A stretch of 64,000 nucleotides of DNA, from positions 626,577 through 690,576 of the forward strand of contig AWSN01000001.1 of NCBI GenBank assembly GCA_000505065.1, in the 5' to 3' direction. A program made the translations under genes and the position numbers. The notes under the pieces were generated by a model that did not search any database, was not told the origin of the DNA, and was given only the letters and a program-made list of their open reading frames with translations. How positions within the stretch are numbered: position 1 is the first letter of the stretch; every line of letters starts with the position of its first letter. Shown in pieces: positions 47,574 to 57,554 of this stretch. The stretch is from Parcubacteria bacterium RAAC4_OD1_1. GTDB lineage: Bacteria; Patescibacteriota; Minisyncoccia; Phycocordibacterales; UBA9973.

Positions 47574-48128
47574 ATGGCAAAACAAGAATTAAGAGGTGAG
47601 AGGAATTGGTATGCGATACATACTTATGCTGGTTATGAAAATGCAGTTATGAGGAATTTGCGTCAGCGTATAGATTCCTTGGGTATGAATGATAAGATTT
47701 TCAATGTCATCGTTCCAACAGAAAAGAAAATAAAAATAAAAGGAGGTAAAAGAGCAGAGACAGAAGAAAAAGTTTACCCAGGTTATGTACTTGTAGATAT
47801 GATTGTAGATGACAACTCTTGGTATGTAGTTAGGAATACTCCTCGTGTCACTGGTTTTGTGGGTGCAGGAGTAAATCCAGTTCCACTTAATAAAAGTGAA
47901 GTAGATGCTCTTTTTGGTCTTATGAATCAAGATAAAGAATCCAAGAAGATCCACCAGATAGATCTAGAGATAGGTGAGATGGTTCGCATTGGTGATGGTC
48001 CATTCAAAGATTTGGAAGGTAAGGTAAGCGATATTGATCAAGAAAGAGGAAAAGTAAAAGTTCTTGTTTCTATGTTTGGCCGTGAGACTCCAGTAGAGCT
48101 TGATTTTCTACAGATCAAAAAAATATAA
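47574..48128 (+). CDS. nusG: transcription antiterminator NusG
   Basis: NWYAIHTYAGYENAV (NGN domain) and C-terminal KOW (GEMVRIGDGPFKDLEGKV). Confidence 0.85.
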   Translation: MAKQELRGERNWYAIHTYAGYENAVMRNLRQRIDSLGMNDKIFNVIVPTEKKIKIKGGKRAETEEKVYPGYVLVDMIVDDNSWYVVRNTPRVTGFVGAGVNPVPLNKSEVDALFGLMNQDKESKKIHQIDLEIGEMVRIGDGPFKDLEGKVSDIDQERGKVKVLVSMFGRETPVELDFLQIKKI

Positions 48129-48131
48129 AAT

Positions 48132-48247
48132 AAAAATATCCACATAATATATTAAAATTTTACGAGTAGGTGTGGGCGCGCGCCCGAGCGAAGTATGAGC
48201 GAGGGTAGGGATAAGCGAGTAGAATTTTTATATATTATGTGGATAGT
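48132..48247 (+). other. 15-bp inverted repeat enclosing a GC-rich palindromic island in the nusG-rplK spacer
   Basis: ATCCACATAATATAT ... ATATATTATGTGGAT flanking GTAGGTGTGGGCGCGCGCCCGAGCGAAGTATGAGCGAGGGTAGGGATAAGCGAGTAG. Confidence 0.4.
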
Positions 48248-48328
48248 ATATGGTTGATTTGGTTGGTTTTTTATGTTAGATTAAGTCTGTTACGCTAAAG
48301 CTTCAAATTAGTATAATAAAGTAAATTT

Positions 48329-48754
48329 ATGGCAAAAAAAATAATAAAAAATGTTAAATTACAAATACCAGCAGCAAAGGCAACCCCAGCTCCTCCTTTA
48401 GGTCCAGCACTTGGTCAAGCAGGAGTAAACATTGCTGAGTTCTGTCAGAAATTCAACGCTATGACACAGTCAATGGCGGGGGATATCGTTGGAGTTGTTA
48501 TTTCTGTATTTGAAGATAGAACTTATGATATAAAAGTAAAAACTCCACCAGTTTCAGGTCTTATATTTAAGGCAGCAGGAGTAGAAGGTGGTTCTGGTAA
48601 GCCAAATGTTTCAAAAGTAGGGAAGCTTACAAAAGCTCAAGTTAAAGAAATTGCAGAAAAGAAGATGCCTGATCTAAATGCAAAAGACATCGAAGGTGCA
48701 ATGAAGATAATAGAAGGTAGCGCTCGCTCCGCAGGAATCACAATCGTAGATTAA
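48329..48754 (+). CDS. rplK: ribosomal protein L11
   Basis: [35 protein letters not shown]... Confidence 0.9.
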   Translation: MAKKIIKNVKLQIPAAKATPAPPLGPALGQAGVNIAEFCQKFNAMTQSMAGDIVGVVISVFEDRTYDIKVKTPPVSGLIFKAAGVEGGSGKPNVSKVGKLTKAQVKEIAEKKMPDLNAKDIEGAMKIIEGSARSAGITIVD

Positions 48755-48793
48755 TCTCTAGTAAATTAGTGAATAGCGATTAATATGAATTCT

Positions 48794-48827
48794 AAAATGC
48801 GTCCAGACCAAAGGTCTGGACGCATTT
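48794..48827. terminator. bidirectional terminator between convergent rplK and efp
   Basis: AAAATGCGTCCAGACC-aaa-GGTCTGGACGCATTT, embedded in a longer inverted repeat (TTAGTGAATAG / CTATTCACTAA). Confidence 0.55.
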
Positions 48828-48856
48828 ACTATTCACTAAAAACTAGTTACTAATCA

Positions 48857-49435
48857 CTATTTTCCCACTCTTTCTACATATTCTCCGGTATCAGTATTTA
48901 CTATTACTCTGTCTCCAGTTTCTATAAAGAATGGCACATTTACTTTTACTCCATTTTCAAGTTCTACAAGTTTTCCTCCACCATTAGCAGTATTACCTTT
49001 GATAGATGGGGGAGCTTCTTTTACCAAGAATTCCATTTTTATTGGAAGCTTTACATTTATTATTTGTTCTTCTCCATCATTGTCCCAGACGACAGCCGTG
49101 ACATTTTCATTTGGTTTTAAGAATTTAACTCCCGTTCCAATGATGTTTTCTTCGAGCTTAAATCTATTTTTTGGATCTTCTGGGTCTGAGAACCAATATT
49201 CACCCCTATTTGTATAAAGGAATTTAACATCTCTTTTTTCTATTTCGGCCTCATCTGCTTTGTCAGCAGCATGAAAAGTTGCATTCCAAGTACGACCAGA
49301 AAGTAAACTTTTTAGTTTTACTTGGTTTTGAGGCTTTCTCATTTGTGTGCGAGCGACGTGATTGTCGAGAACTTCACAAGGTTCATCCTCATATATTATT
49401 ATTTTTCCTGTTCGGATTTCGCTATATTCAAGCAT
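48857..49435 (-). CDS. efp: elongation factor P
   Basis: 192 aa with the three-domain EF-P pattern (GKIIIYEDEPCEV...KPQNQVKLK...VKVNVPFFIETGD). Confidence 0.8.
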   Translation of the reverse strand: MLEYSEIRTGKIIIYEDEPCEVLDNHVARTQMRKPQNQVKLKSLLSGRTWNATFHAADKADEAEIEKRDVKFLYTNRGEYWFSDPEDPKNRFKLEENIIGTGVKFLKPNENVTAVVWDNDGEEQIINVKLPIKMEFLVKEAPPSIKGNTANGGGKLVELENGVKVNVPFFIETGDRVIVNTDTGEYVERVGK

Positions 49436-49481
49436 AATGTTTATTTTATATCAGATTTATAAATTTAAGACAAGGGTAAAA

Positions 49482-49578
49482 AATGCAATCAAAATAGTTC
49501 TTTTTAAATGCCTTGCGCAGGGCGACGGCCCGAGCAGAGCAAATTTCTAGCAAGAAATTATGTGTGCATTTTCAAAGA
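49482..49578 (-). ncRNA. candidate small structured RNA, copy 2 (inverted orientation)
   Basis: Reverse complement aligns with 26643-26736. Hairpins here are AATTTCT-tgct-AGAAATT and GGGC-cgtc-GCCC, the compensatory versions of copy 1. Lies between the recA stop and the efp start. Confidence 0.4.
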
Positions 49579-49612
49579 AGCTATTTTGATGAAATTTAAT
49601 CACACTAGCTTA

Positions 49613-50662
49613 CTAATCACTGCTACTTGCCACCTGTATCTCTCCAAATCTTCCCCTTATTTCTTTCAGTAATCCATCTGCTATTTTTTTATTTTCTCTT
49701 AGCCATGTTCTTGTAGCATCATATCCACGTCCCATAGATACCTTTTCTCCTTCTTTTGTTTTATAAGAGTAAGATGCCCCAGATTTTTCTATGATTCCTA
49801 TTTTTTCTCCGAGGGCTAGTATTTCCCCTTCACGGGAAATTCCTTCACCATATAGGATATCAAATTCAGTTTGCTTAAATGGTGCCGCGACTTTATTTTT
49901 GACTACTTTGACTCTAGTTCTACTTCCGACGACATCTTCTCCTTTTTTAATTTGAGCGATTCTTCTTATATCAAGTCTTATAGAAGTATAGAATTTGAGA
50001 GCTTTTCCTCCTGGTGTGGTTTCAGGATTACCAAACATAATCCCAATTTGCATTCTAATTTGATTTATAAATATCACGACAGTCTTTGAGTGGGCGACTA
50101 TGGCTGTGAGCTTACGGAGTGCCTGAGACATAAGACGGGCTTGTTTACCTACGTGTGACTGCCCCATATCTCCTTCGATTTCATCTTTTGGAGTGAGTGC
50201 TGCTACAGAGTCTATAACCACTACATCTATCTTTCCAGATCTTATTAAGCTTTCTGTTATTTCAAGTGCTTGCTCTCCATTGTCTGGTTGAGAAATGAGA
50301 AGTTCTTTGATGTTTACTCCAAGTTTACCAGCATAGTCTGGGTCCATAGCGTGTTCGGCATCTATATATGCACAGACTCCACCTTTCTTTTGTGATTCTG
50401 CGACGATGTGTAAGGCAAGGGTAGTTTTCCCAGATGATTCTGGTCCAAATATTTCTATCATCCTTCCTCGTGGTACTCCTCCTACTCCGAGTGCCATATC
50501 AAGCCCGATGGATCCAGTAGGAATGACATCGATGTTTACCTTTGGGGCATCACCAAGCTTCATTATTGCTCCTTCTCCAAATTTTGTCTGGATGGATTTA
50601 ATTGTATCTTCTATCTCACTTACTCCGAATTCTTTTGGAGCTTTTTTTGCTTTTTTTTGCAT
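49613..50662 (-). CDS. recA: recombinase RecA
   Basis: [16 protein letters not shown] Walker A, and the L1/L2 loops. Confidence 0.9.
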   Translation of the reverse strand: MQKKAKKAPKEFGVSEIEDTIKSIQTKFGEGAIMKLGDAPKVNIDVIPTGSIGLDMALGVGGVPRGRMIEIFGPESSGKTTLALHIVAESQKKGGVCAYIDAEHAMDPDYAGKLGVNIKELLISQPDNGEQALEITESLIRSGKIDVVVIDSVAALTPKDEIEGDMGQSHVGKQARLMSQALRKLTAIVAHSKTVVIFINQIRMQIGIMFGNPETTPGGKALKFYTSIRLDIRRIAQIKKGEDVVGSRTRVKVVKNKVAAPFKQTEFDILYGEGISREGEILALGEKIGIIEKSGASYSYKTKEGEKVSMGRGYDATRTWLRENKKIADGLLKEIRGRFGEIQVASSSD

Positions 50663-50693
50663 AAATTTAAATAATAATATTTAATAAATATAT

Positions 50694-51167
50694 CTAATTA
50701 TTAATAACCTCTTTATTATCAAATGCGATCGACTCCGCACCTTGTTCTCCTACTACTTCAAATTTTTTCTCCGCAACATTTCCAAATTTATCTCTTGCCA
50801 CAAGCATTACTACTCCGTACCCTGGTAGGGTAGAGATATTTTCTTTGAAGTTTCCATCTTTCTCGATAAAAATTTCTCTTCCATTTAAAGAGAGAAAAAT
50901 TGCATTTTTTGCATTACCCTTAACTTCAGTTATTTTTTCATTTGGACCTTGTTCTATTTCTGCTAGAATTTTCACACCTTTTACGATAAAGCTCATTTTG
51001 GCATAAGCAAATACAAATATAAAAGAAAATAGAAAAACAAAAGACCCTATACTTATCCACCATTTTATATTTTTATTTCTTATTTCATTCATAATTAACT
51101 TAAGTAAAATTTGGAAATAGTTCTTAAGAAGGGGGCGGTTGAGGCTGACGAGCCGAAACTTCAGCAT
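50694..51167 (-). CDS. hypothetical membrane-anchored protein
   Basis: 157 aa; one TM (WWISIGSFVFLFSFIFVFAYA) and a soluble domain. No recognisable motif. Confidence 0.35.
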   Translation of the reverse strand: MLKFRLVSLNRPLLKNYFQILLKLIMNEIRNKNIKWWISIGSFVFLFSFIFVFAYAKMSFIVKGVKILAEIEQGPNEKITEVKGNAKNAIFLSLNGREIFIEKDGNFKENISTLPGYGVVMLVARDKFGNVAEKKFEVVGEQGAESIAFDNKEVINN

Positions 51168-51240
51168 AAATCTCAGTAGAGATTTTGCGGACCCTTCGAG
51201 AGAAGCTATTTCAAAATTTTAAAGTGCTATTTAATAATTC

Positions 51241-53475
51241 CTACCCCGTCATTCCTTCACTCATACTATCTATCGACTTACCATAAACTTCTCTTGGCTT
51301 TGCTCCATTTGCAGGTCCGACTATCCCTTCATTTTCTAATTGATCTATTATCTTTGCTGCTCTTGTATATCCGAGCCCTAGTCTTCTTTGGAGTAGTGAA
51401 GTTGAGGCTTTCCCCGCTTCTATTACGATCATTTTTGCATCTTCAAATAGATCATCTTTTCCGCCACTTTCCTCTATGTTGTCTGCAAAGAGACTACTCC
51501 CACTCATTTTATCTATACTTCCTTTCAATTCTATCATATCTGGGATTTCATCGATATAGGCATCTCTTAAATATTTTACCACTTTTTTAACTTCTTCTTC
51601 TGATATAAAAGCACTTTGAAGTCTCTCTGGTTGAGGTGAATCAGCAGAAGAGTAGAGCATATCTCCAGCTCCAAGTAGTTTCTCAGCACCTCCTTGATCA
51701 AGTATTGTTCTTGAGTCTATTTGTGAAGATACTTGCAGAGCGACACGAGTAGGGATGTTGGCTTTGATTAGTCCTGTGATCACATTTACAGACGGTCTTT
51801 GGGTTGAGAGTATTAGGTGTATTCCCACTGCTCTCGACATTTGTGCGAGGCGGACTATAGCACTTTCAAGTTCTCTTGGGTAAGTTTGCATAATATCTGC
51901 AAGCTCATCTATCACGATTACTATATATGGCATCCTTTCTGCTTCACCATCTTTGCTTTTTGCATAAACAGTCGAATGGTAAGACTCGATGTCTCGGACA
52001 GATTCAGCTTGGAGTATGTCATATCTTCTATCCATTTCTCCCGCAGCCCATTTAAGTGCTAGTATTGTGTTTTTTGGGTCAGTGATAACTTCTTTGAGAA
52101 GGTGAGGTATCTTATTATAAAGTGTAAGCTCCACTCTCTTTGGGTCCACCATTATCATTCGCAAATCTTCTGGTCCGTTCCTGTAAAGTAACGATGTGAT
52201 GATAGAGTGGATGGTCACAGATTTACCCGAGCCAGTAGTTCCCGCGACTAGCATATGAGGCATTTTGGCTAGGTTGCTTATGACAGCTTTTCCAGAGAGC
52301 CCTCGCCCAAGTGCAATGGTGAGTGGTTTTGGTGAGTTTTGGAATTTCTCATCAGATAGAAGTGTCGCAAGACCAACTGTTGATTTTACTTTGTTTGGGA
52401 TTTCAATTCCGACAAGAGATTTACCAGGGATAGGGGCTTCGATACGGATGGATTTTGCAGAGAGTGCGAGTGCTAGCTCGTTTTGTAGTCCTACAATTCT
52501 CGATAGTTTGACTCCCTGTGCAGGCTTGAGTGCATACCTAGTGACGGTAGGCCCTACGGTCACTTCATCCATCTCGACAGAGATTCCAAAAGTCAAAAGA
52601 GTTCTTTGGATGATCTGCATATTACCTTTCATATCTCCGATATTTGCTTTTCCTTTATCTCTTTCAAGTAAAGACATTGGTGGTGGCACATAGTTCGTGT
52701 GAGACTTTTTTATTTTAGAATTATTTTTTATAAAGTCATCCACCTCTTCATTCTTAATAGGGGATTCCTCGTATTCTATTTGATTTTCATTTTTAGGTTC
52801 TACAGTTTCTTTTACAGGTTCTTCTTTTATTTCATTTGTAGTGTAGTCCATCCCAGAGATTTTATTTTTATTTCCAAATGGTAGACTTATGTTTATAGTA
52901 TTTAGTCTTTCCCATAATTTTTTAAATATCGGTATTAGGTTTGGCTTTTCATCGAAAAGTACAATGAGCGAGACGACGAGCACAGCTCCTAGTATGAGTA
53001 TAGATCCATAAAGTCCAAAAAGTTTTACAAATGGCCAAGCCACAATGCTCCCTACATATCCTCCATAAGTAAAGTCTATCGACTTGCCGATTCCATTACT
53101 TGTGATATCCATTATTGAAAGTAGAGAGAGAAGTAAAATGCTTCCAAAAATAATATTTTTCTTAGCAAATTCTATGACATTATTTTTCATAAAAGATATA
53201 CCTATGACGACAAGAAGGATGGGGAGTAGGTAATACCCAAATCCGAAAAATGATTTGAAACTTTTATACACGAATTCTCCAGCGATACCAGAGAGGTTAA
53301 ACATAGAGAGTATAGTGAAAACTCCAAGAACCAGGAAACCTGCTCCAAAGACACTGTATCTTGTTTCGTCTTTTATATTCATTTTACTTTTTTTATTCAC
53401 ACTTTTTTTCCCATTTTTGCGTGTATTTTTTGTTTCAATTTCTTCTTGTTCTGTTGTATCTTTTTTGGATGCCAT
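51241..53475 (-). CDS. ftsK: DNA translocase FtsK/SpoIIIE
   Basis: N-terminal TM helices, linker, motor domain with Walker A VAGTTGSGKS, and C-terminal gamma (winged-helix) domain. Confidence 0.85.
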   Translation of the reverse strand: MASKKDTTEQEEIETKNTRKNGKKSVNKKSKMNIKDETRYSVFGAGFLVLGVFTILSMFNLSGIAGEFVYKSFKSFFGFGYYLLPILLVVIGISFMKNNVIEFAKKNIIFGSILLLSLLSIMDITSNGIGKSIDFTYGGYVGSIVAWPFVKLFGLYGSILILGAVLVVSLIVLFDEKPNLIPIFKKLWERLNTINISLPFGNKNKISGMDYTTNEIKEEPVKETVEPKNENQIEYEESPIKNEEVDDFIKNNSKIKKSHTNYVPPPMSLLERDKGKANIGDMKGNMQIIQRTLLTFGISVEMDEVTVGPTVTRYALKPAQGVKLSRIVGLQNELALALSAKSIRIEAPIPGKSLVGIEIPNKVKSTVGLATLLSDEKFQNSPKPLTIALGRGLSGKAVISNLAKMPHMLVAGTTGSGKSVTIHSIITSLLYRNGPEDLRMIMVDPKRVELTLYNKIPHLLKEVITDPKNTILALKWAAGEMDRRYDILQAESVRDIESYHSTVYAKSKDGEAERMPYIVIVIDELADIMQTYPRELESAIVRLAQMSRAVGIHLILSTQRPSVNVITGLIKANIPTRVALQVSSQIDSRTILDQGGAEKLLGAGDMLYSSADSPQPERLQSAFISEEEVKKVVKYLRDAYIDEIPDMIELKGSIDKMSGSSLFADNIEESGGKDDLFEDAKMIVIEAGKASTSLLQRRLGLGYTRAAKIIDQLENEGIVGPANGAKPREVYGKSIDSMSEGMTG

Positions 53476-53523
53476 AGTTTAAAAATTTGATATATATTAT
53501 GTATGTATTATATCACAAATTTA

Positions 53524-53736
53524 TCTCCACACCCATATTTTTATTGTTTTGAAAAACAGACAACTTTATTTTGATTTATTATAATGCGGTTTACCCCCAC
53601 ACCTACTTTTAGGTTGTCCTGCTTTTTTACAAGATAAAGATAATAATATTTTATATATTTATTGAGCATATTAGATATTATCAATGTTTCTTTATTGGCA
53701 GAACTAAAAAGCTACCTAAAAGTGGGTGTGGGGGTT
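53524..53736. repeat. 230-bp repeat, copy A, of the CCCCCACACC MITE-like family
   Basis: 5' half-site tccacacccatatttttattg. Internal long hairpin ACCCCCACACCTACTTTTAGGT (53593-53614) / ACCTAAAAGTGGGTGTGGGGG (53715-53735) around 100 bp of AT-rich loop. Confidence 0.5.
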
Positions 53737-53816
53737 TGCAAAGAAAAATTAAAGGTATATAATGGACACATTAAAAGACATCTGGTGGCTCGCTTCGCTC
53801 GCCACCCCAAAAAGAC

Positions 53817-54677
53817 ATGAGCCAAAAAGACATACAAAATACAAGTATAGATTCTTACGGACATATCTCAAATATGCTTGCAAATGATAGTGTTTTAGAT
53901 TTTGTCACCAAAAAGACAGAGAAGCTTGTCACCGCACTTTATATGGTCACAGATTGTATGGAGACAGACGATGCTTTGAAGTCCAAATTACGTCTTTTAG
54001 GGGTAGAACTTTTGTCCCTTACGTTTAAATTAAATACTGTTTCTCCTATTGAAAAAAAGGGGGAGATAGGCATCTCTTTGTCTAAAATAAAAGAGATAGT
54101 TTCTTTCATAGAAATAGCAGGAACTATAGGTTTTATATCTGAAATGAATACTATTGTTTTGAATAAAGAATTTGCTTCTTTAGTTAAAGAATTAGAAGAA
54201 AAAGGATCCAAAGACAAACACTTTTCTTTTGTTTTAAATGACAAGATGTTTGAAGTTCCAAACGAAGAAAAGAAAGAAGAATTTACAGTTAATAATTCTA
54301 TAAAGGACATTTATAACAAAAGGACAACATATAACGATGCTTCTGCACGTCCAATAGGGTTGTCCTTTATAAATACTAATAGTCCTTTACAAAACGGACG
54401 AATTAAGAAACCATCAAGTATGCCAAGAGATGTTTTTGAAAAAGAAAATAGAATAAATAAAATAATATCTCTCATAAAAGACTTGTCCGATACGAATTCA
54501 CAAAAAGACAAAAATTCATTAAAGACAAATGATGGTGGAGTTTCCATAAGAGACATTTCAGACTCTTTCAACAATTGCTCAGAAAAGACAATTCAAAGAG
54601 AACTAAACTCTCTAGTAGAAAAAGGTAAACTAAAAAAAACTGGCTCTAAGCGATGGTCTAGATACTCGATTAATTAG
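53817..54677 (+). CDS. hypothetical protein with C-terminal winged helix-turn-helix, bracketed by the 230-bp repeats
   Basis: C-terminus ISDSFNNCSEKTIQRELNSLVEKGKLKKTGSKRWSRYSI resembles a DeoR/GntR-like wHTH. The rest is unrecognised. Confidence 0.4.
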   Translation: MSQKDIQNTSIDSYGHISNMLANDSVLDFVTKKTEKLVTALYMVTDCMETDDALKSKLRLLGVELLSLTFKLNTVSPIEKKGEIGISLSKIKEIVSFIEIAGTIGFISEMNTIVLNKEFASLVKELEEKGSKDKHFSFVLNDKMFEVPNEEKKEEFTVNNSIKDIYNKRTTYNDASARPIGLSFINTNSPLQNGRIKKPSSMPRDVFEKENRINKIISLIKDLSDTNSQKDKNSLKTNDGGVSIRDISDSFNNCSEKTIQRELNSLVEKGKLKKTGSKRWSRYSIN

Positions 54678-54690
54678 TGGTTAGTATAAT

Positions 54691-54907
54691 GGGGTTTACC
54701 CCCACACCTATATTTTTATTGTTTTGAAAAACAAACAGCTTTATTTTGATTATATAATGCGGTTTACCCGCACACCTACTTTTAGGTTGTCCTGCTTTTT
54801 TACAAGATAAAGATAATAATATTTTATATATTTATTGAGCATATTAGGTATTATCAATGTTTCTTTATTGGCAGAACTAAAAAGCTACCTAAAAGTGGGT
54901 GTGCGGG
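54691..54907. repeat. 230-bp repeat, copy B
   Basis: About 93% identical to copy A. Its hairpin arms carry a paired change (CCCGCACACC / GGTGTGCGGG versus CCCCCACACC / GGTGTGGGGG). Confidence 0.5.
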
Positions 54908-55597
54908 TTATCCACACCCCTAAATCCCCCTATATATTTGCATATTTTTACACCTAGTATATAATGTATATACATATTGTCGTTGCTAGCATATTTTTGC
55001 TAGATATGATAATATGTAATATCGCTTGTATAAGGCATTAAGTCATTATAAAAGCGATGCCGATCATTGAAAATCAAATACCATTATTTTCTGATACCGA
55101 GAAGGTAGTGGCCATTTTAGTTTTCAGTCGATCGGGACTTTTTAAAATCCTTATAAATTTATTTCAAACATTTTGTATTTTGATAGAGTGCAAAATATTC
55201 CGAAATATTTTTTGCAAAGATTTTAAATTGTGTATCGGCCCTGTCGACAAGGCAGATATGCTTAAATTATTTTTTAAATAAATTAAGCAGATTGTTTATT
55301 AAGTTTGTTTACGATTCATAATTATTTTTTATCAATTTTTTTCTTATCTGTTGCTTTTGATAGAGAAGCAGGGAAGTGAATTTATTTATAAAATTTAATT
55401 TATGATTTCGGTAAAATTAATTAAGTTTCAAGTTTCAAGTATTTTGTATTTTGGATTTTTCCTTTCTACTTTCTACTTTTAACTTTCTACTTAATACAAT
55501 ACACACATATTAGTTTTTTTCTTCACATCTTTATTAATTATCAGTTGGTGATGAGGAATATGTCGAAACTAATCTAAACGTGTATAAATTATAAAAT

Positions 55598-57358
55598 ATG
55601 TTAAAAAAATTCTTGATCGGATCAGTCGCAGTTTTTGCACTTGGACTTGCTCTTAGTGTTTCTGCTGCTTACGATCTAGGTCCTACAACTCTTAGAGTTG
55701 GAAGTACAGGAGAGTATGTAAAGACTCTTCAAATGATAGTTGGTGCAAATGCTGATGGACAGTTTGGTCCTATGACAGCAGCAGCTGTAAAGGCATGGCA
55801 AGCAAGTCATGGTTTAGTTGCTGATGGAATAGTTGGTCCTGCTACAAAGGCAGCTATGAACGCAGGTACAACAGGTGGTACAACAACAACACCAGGATGT
55901 CCTGCAGGAGCACTCTTCAATTCAATGACAGGTGCACCATGCGGAACAACAACCCCAGGAACATTACAAGGGGGAGCAGGGGATATTGAATTATCATCTT
56001 ACTCTACAAACACAGAAGACTATGTTGTAGAAGGTGGTGAAGAAAATGTTCTTGGTTTTAAAGTAGAAGCAGTTGATTCTGATATTGCTTTAACAAGTGT
56101 TAAAGTTACATTAGAAAATCTACTAGTAGAACCAGCAACAGATCTTACAGGATCATATCGTCTAACAGACTATGCTGATTCAGTAGAAATCTACAAAGGT
56201 TCAACAAAGGTTGGAGAAGTAGACGCTTCTGATTTTACAAAGAAATCAGCTGATGGTGTTACTTATCTTAATACTTACTACACAAAAAGTGTTTCTCTTT
56301 CAGGAGTAGTTATTGAAGAAGGAGATAAAGATGCTTTCTATGTTAAAGTAGTTGCAACATCAAATCTTGATAGTTCAGATGTTGATCAAAATAATTGGGA
56401 AGTTACAGTTGGAGACATTCGTTTCCAAGATGCAACTGGTGTTATAATGTCTGATACTCAATCAGAATCAACAACTTTTGAATTTACTGATTTATCAGGA
56501 TCAGGAGATGTTGAATTGACAATATCAAAAGCAACATCAAGTCCTTCAGCAGGAAATGTTGAAGTTTCAGATACTGGAAGTACATCAAATGTTAAACTTC
56601 TTGATTTCAAACTTAAAGCAGAAGGATCAGATATGTCATTTGATCAAATGAGCGTAGTTCTTACAGCTTCAGGTGCTACAACAGCAGCTATGGTTGAAGA
56701 ATTAGTTCTTAAAAATGGATCAGATGAAATTGCTTCAACAGATACAATTGGTGTTTCTGGAGCAAATACAACATTTGATCTAGATGATATCTTTACAATT
56801 GATGCAGATTCAACAGAAACATTTAGTGTTTATGCAACAATAAAAGAAGTTGATGGAACTGACTTTATGGATGGTGATAGTTTGATTGCAAGTCTTACAG
56901 ATGCTAATATTGCAGTAGAAGATGAAAATGGTGATGTTGTTATAGATGAATCTGGTTCAGCAACAGGAGCTTCTCAATACTTCTATTCAGTAGGTGCTAT
57001 TGTTACATACATTAGTGAATCATTTACTGCAGAAGATGCAGCAGATTTTATTGATGGAACTATTTCTATCAAGTTTAATGTAGAAGCATTTGGAGACAAC
57101 GATGTTGTCTTTACTGAAGATCAATTCCCAGAAATAGCTGGAGAATTTGGTTACACTCTAGCAGGTGGAACAGTTACTGATGCTTTGATTACATCAAATG
57201 ATCTAGAAGATGATGCTGGAACATTTACAATAACAGCAGGTGGTGAAGCAGACTTTACACTTTCTGTTAAGTTTAGTGGAACATCAGGTTTCGTTACACT
57301 TCAAATTGATGAAGTTGATGGAACTACAGTTTCAAATGTTAAAACTTCAGCTCACTAA
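55598..57358 (+). CDS. secreted acidic surface protein with N-terminal peptidoglycan-binding domain (candidate major surface or S-layer-like protein)
   Basis: Signal peptide. PG_binding_1-like LRVGSTGEYVKTLQ...DGQFGPMTAAAVKAWQASHGLVADGIVGPAT. Then about 480 aa rich in Thr/Asp/Val/Gly/Glu. Coding GC is visibly higher than in neighbouring genes. Confidence 0.5.
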   Translation: MLKKFLIGSVAVFALGLALSVSAAYDLGPTTLRVGSTGEYVKTLQMIVGANADGQFGPMTAAAVKAWQASHGLVADGIVGPATKAAMNAGTTGGTTTTPGCPAGALFNSMTGAPCGTTTPGTLQGGAGDIELSSYSTNTEDYVVEGGEENVLGFKVEAVDSDIALTSVKVTLENLLVEPATDLTGSYRLTDYADSVEIYKGSTKVGEVDASDFTKKSADGVTYLNTYYTKSVSLSGVVIEEGDKDAFYVKVVATSNLDSSDVDQNNWEVTVGDIRFQDATGVIMSDTQSESTTFEFTDLSGSGDVELTISKATSSPSAGNVEVSDTGSTSNVKLLDFKLKAEGSDMSFDQMSVVLTASGATTAAMVEELVLKNGSDEIASTDTIGVSGANTTFDLDDIFTIDADSTETFSVYATIKEVDGTDFMDGDSLIASLTDANIAVEDENGDVVIDESGSATGASQYFYSVGAIVTYISESFTAEDAADFIDGTISIKFNVEAFGDNDVVFTEDQFPEIAGEFGYTLAGGTVTDALITSNDLEDDAGTFTITAGGEADFTLSVKFSGTSGFVTLQIDEVDGTTVSNVKTSAH

Positions 57359-57463
57359 TATTTTAGTGATTTGAAATTCGGTCAATACACCTTAGCCTGA
57401 TCCCGAATACAATAGGGTTGAAAGGTTAAAAAGTATTGGATTTATACACCTAAAGTATTAGAA

Positions 57464-57489
57464 AAAAGCACCCTAACGGGTGCTTTTTT
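57464..57489 (+). terminator. intrinsic terminator
   Basis: AAAAGCACCC-taac-GGGTGCTTTTTT. Confidence 0.6.
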
Positions 57490-57529
57490 CATTTCCCTTT
57501 TCCTCACCCCCATTGTCCACACCCCCCCC

Positions 57530-57554
57530 ACTGTCCAGGCCTTGCCTGGACAGT
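57530..57554 (+). other. 10-bp perfect hairpin with CCTTG loop inside a C-rich tract
   Basis: ACTGTCCAGG-ccttg-CCTGGACAGT, preceded by CCTCACCCCCATTGTCCACACCCCCCCC. Confidence 0.45.

Noticed and set aside
48132-48247. Ribosomal protein L1-binding leader of an rplKA operon.
   Set aside because: rplA does not follow rplK here, and the sequence could not be matched by eye to the L1 stalk mimic. Kept as an unexplained structured element instead.
55057-55281. 74-aa ORF in the large intergenic region.
   Set aside because: No start context, no recognisable features, and it lies in repeat-rich noncoding DNA.
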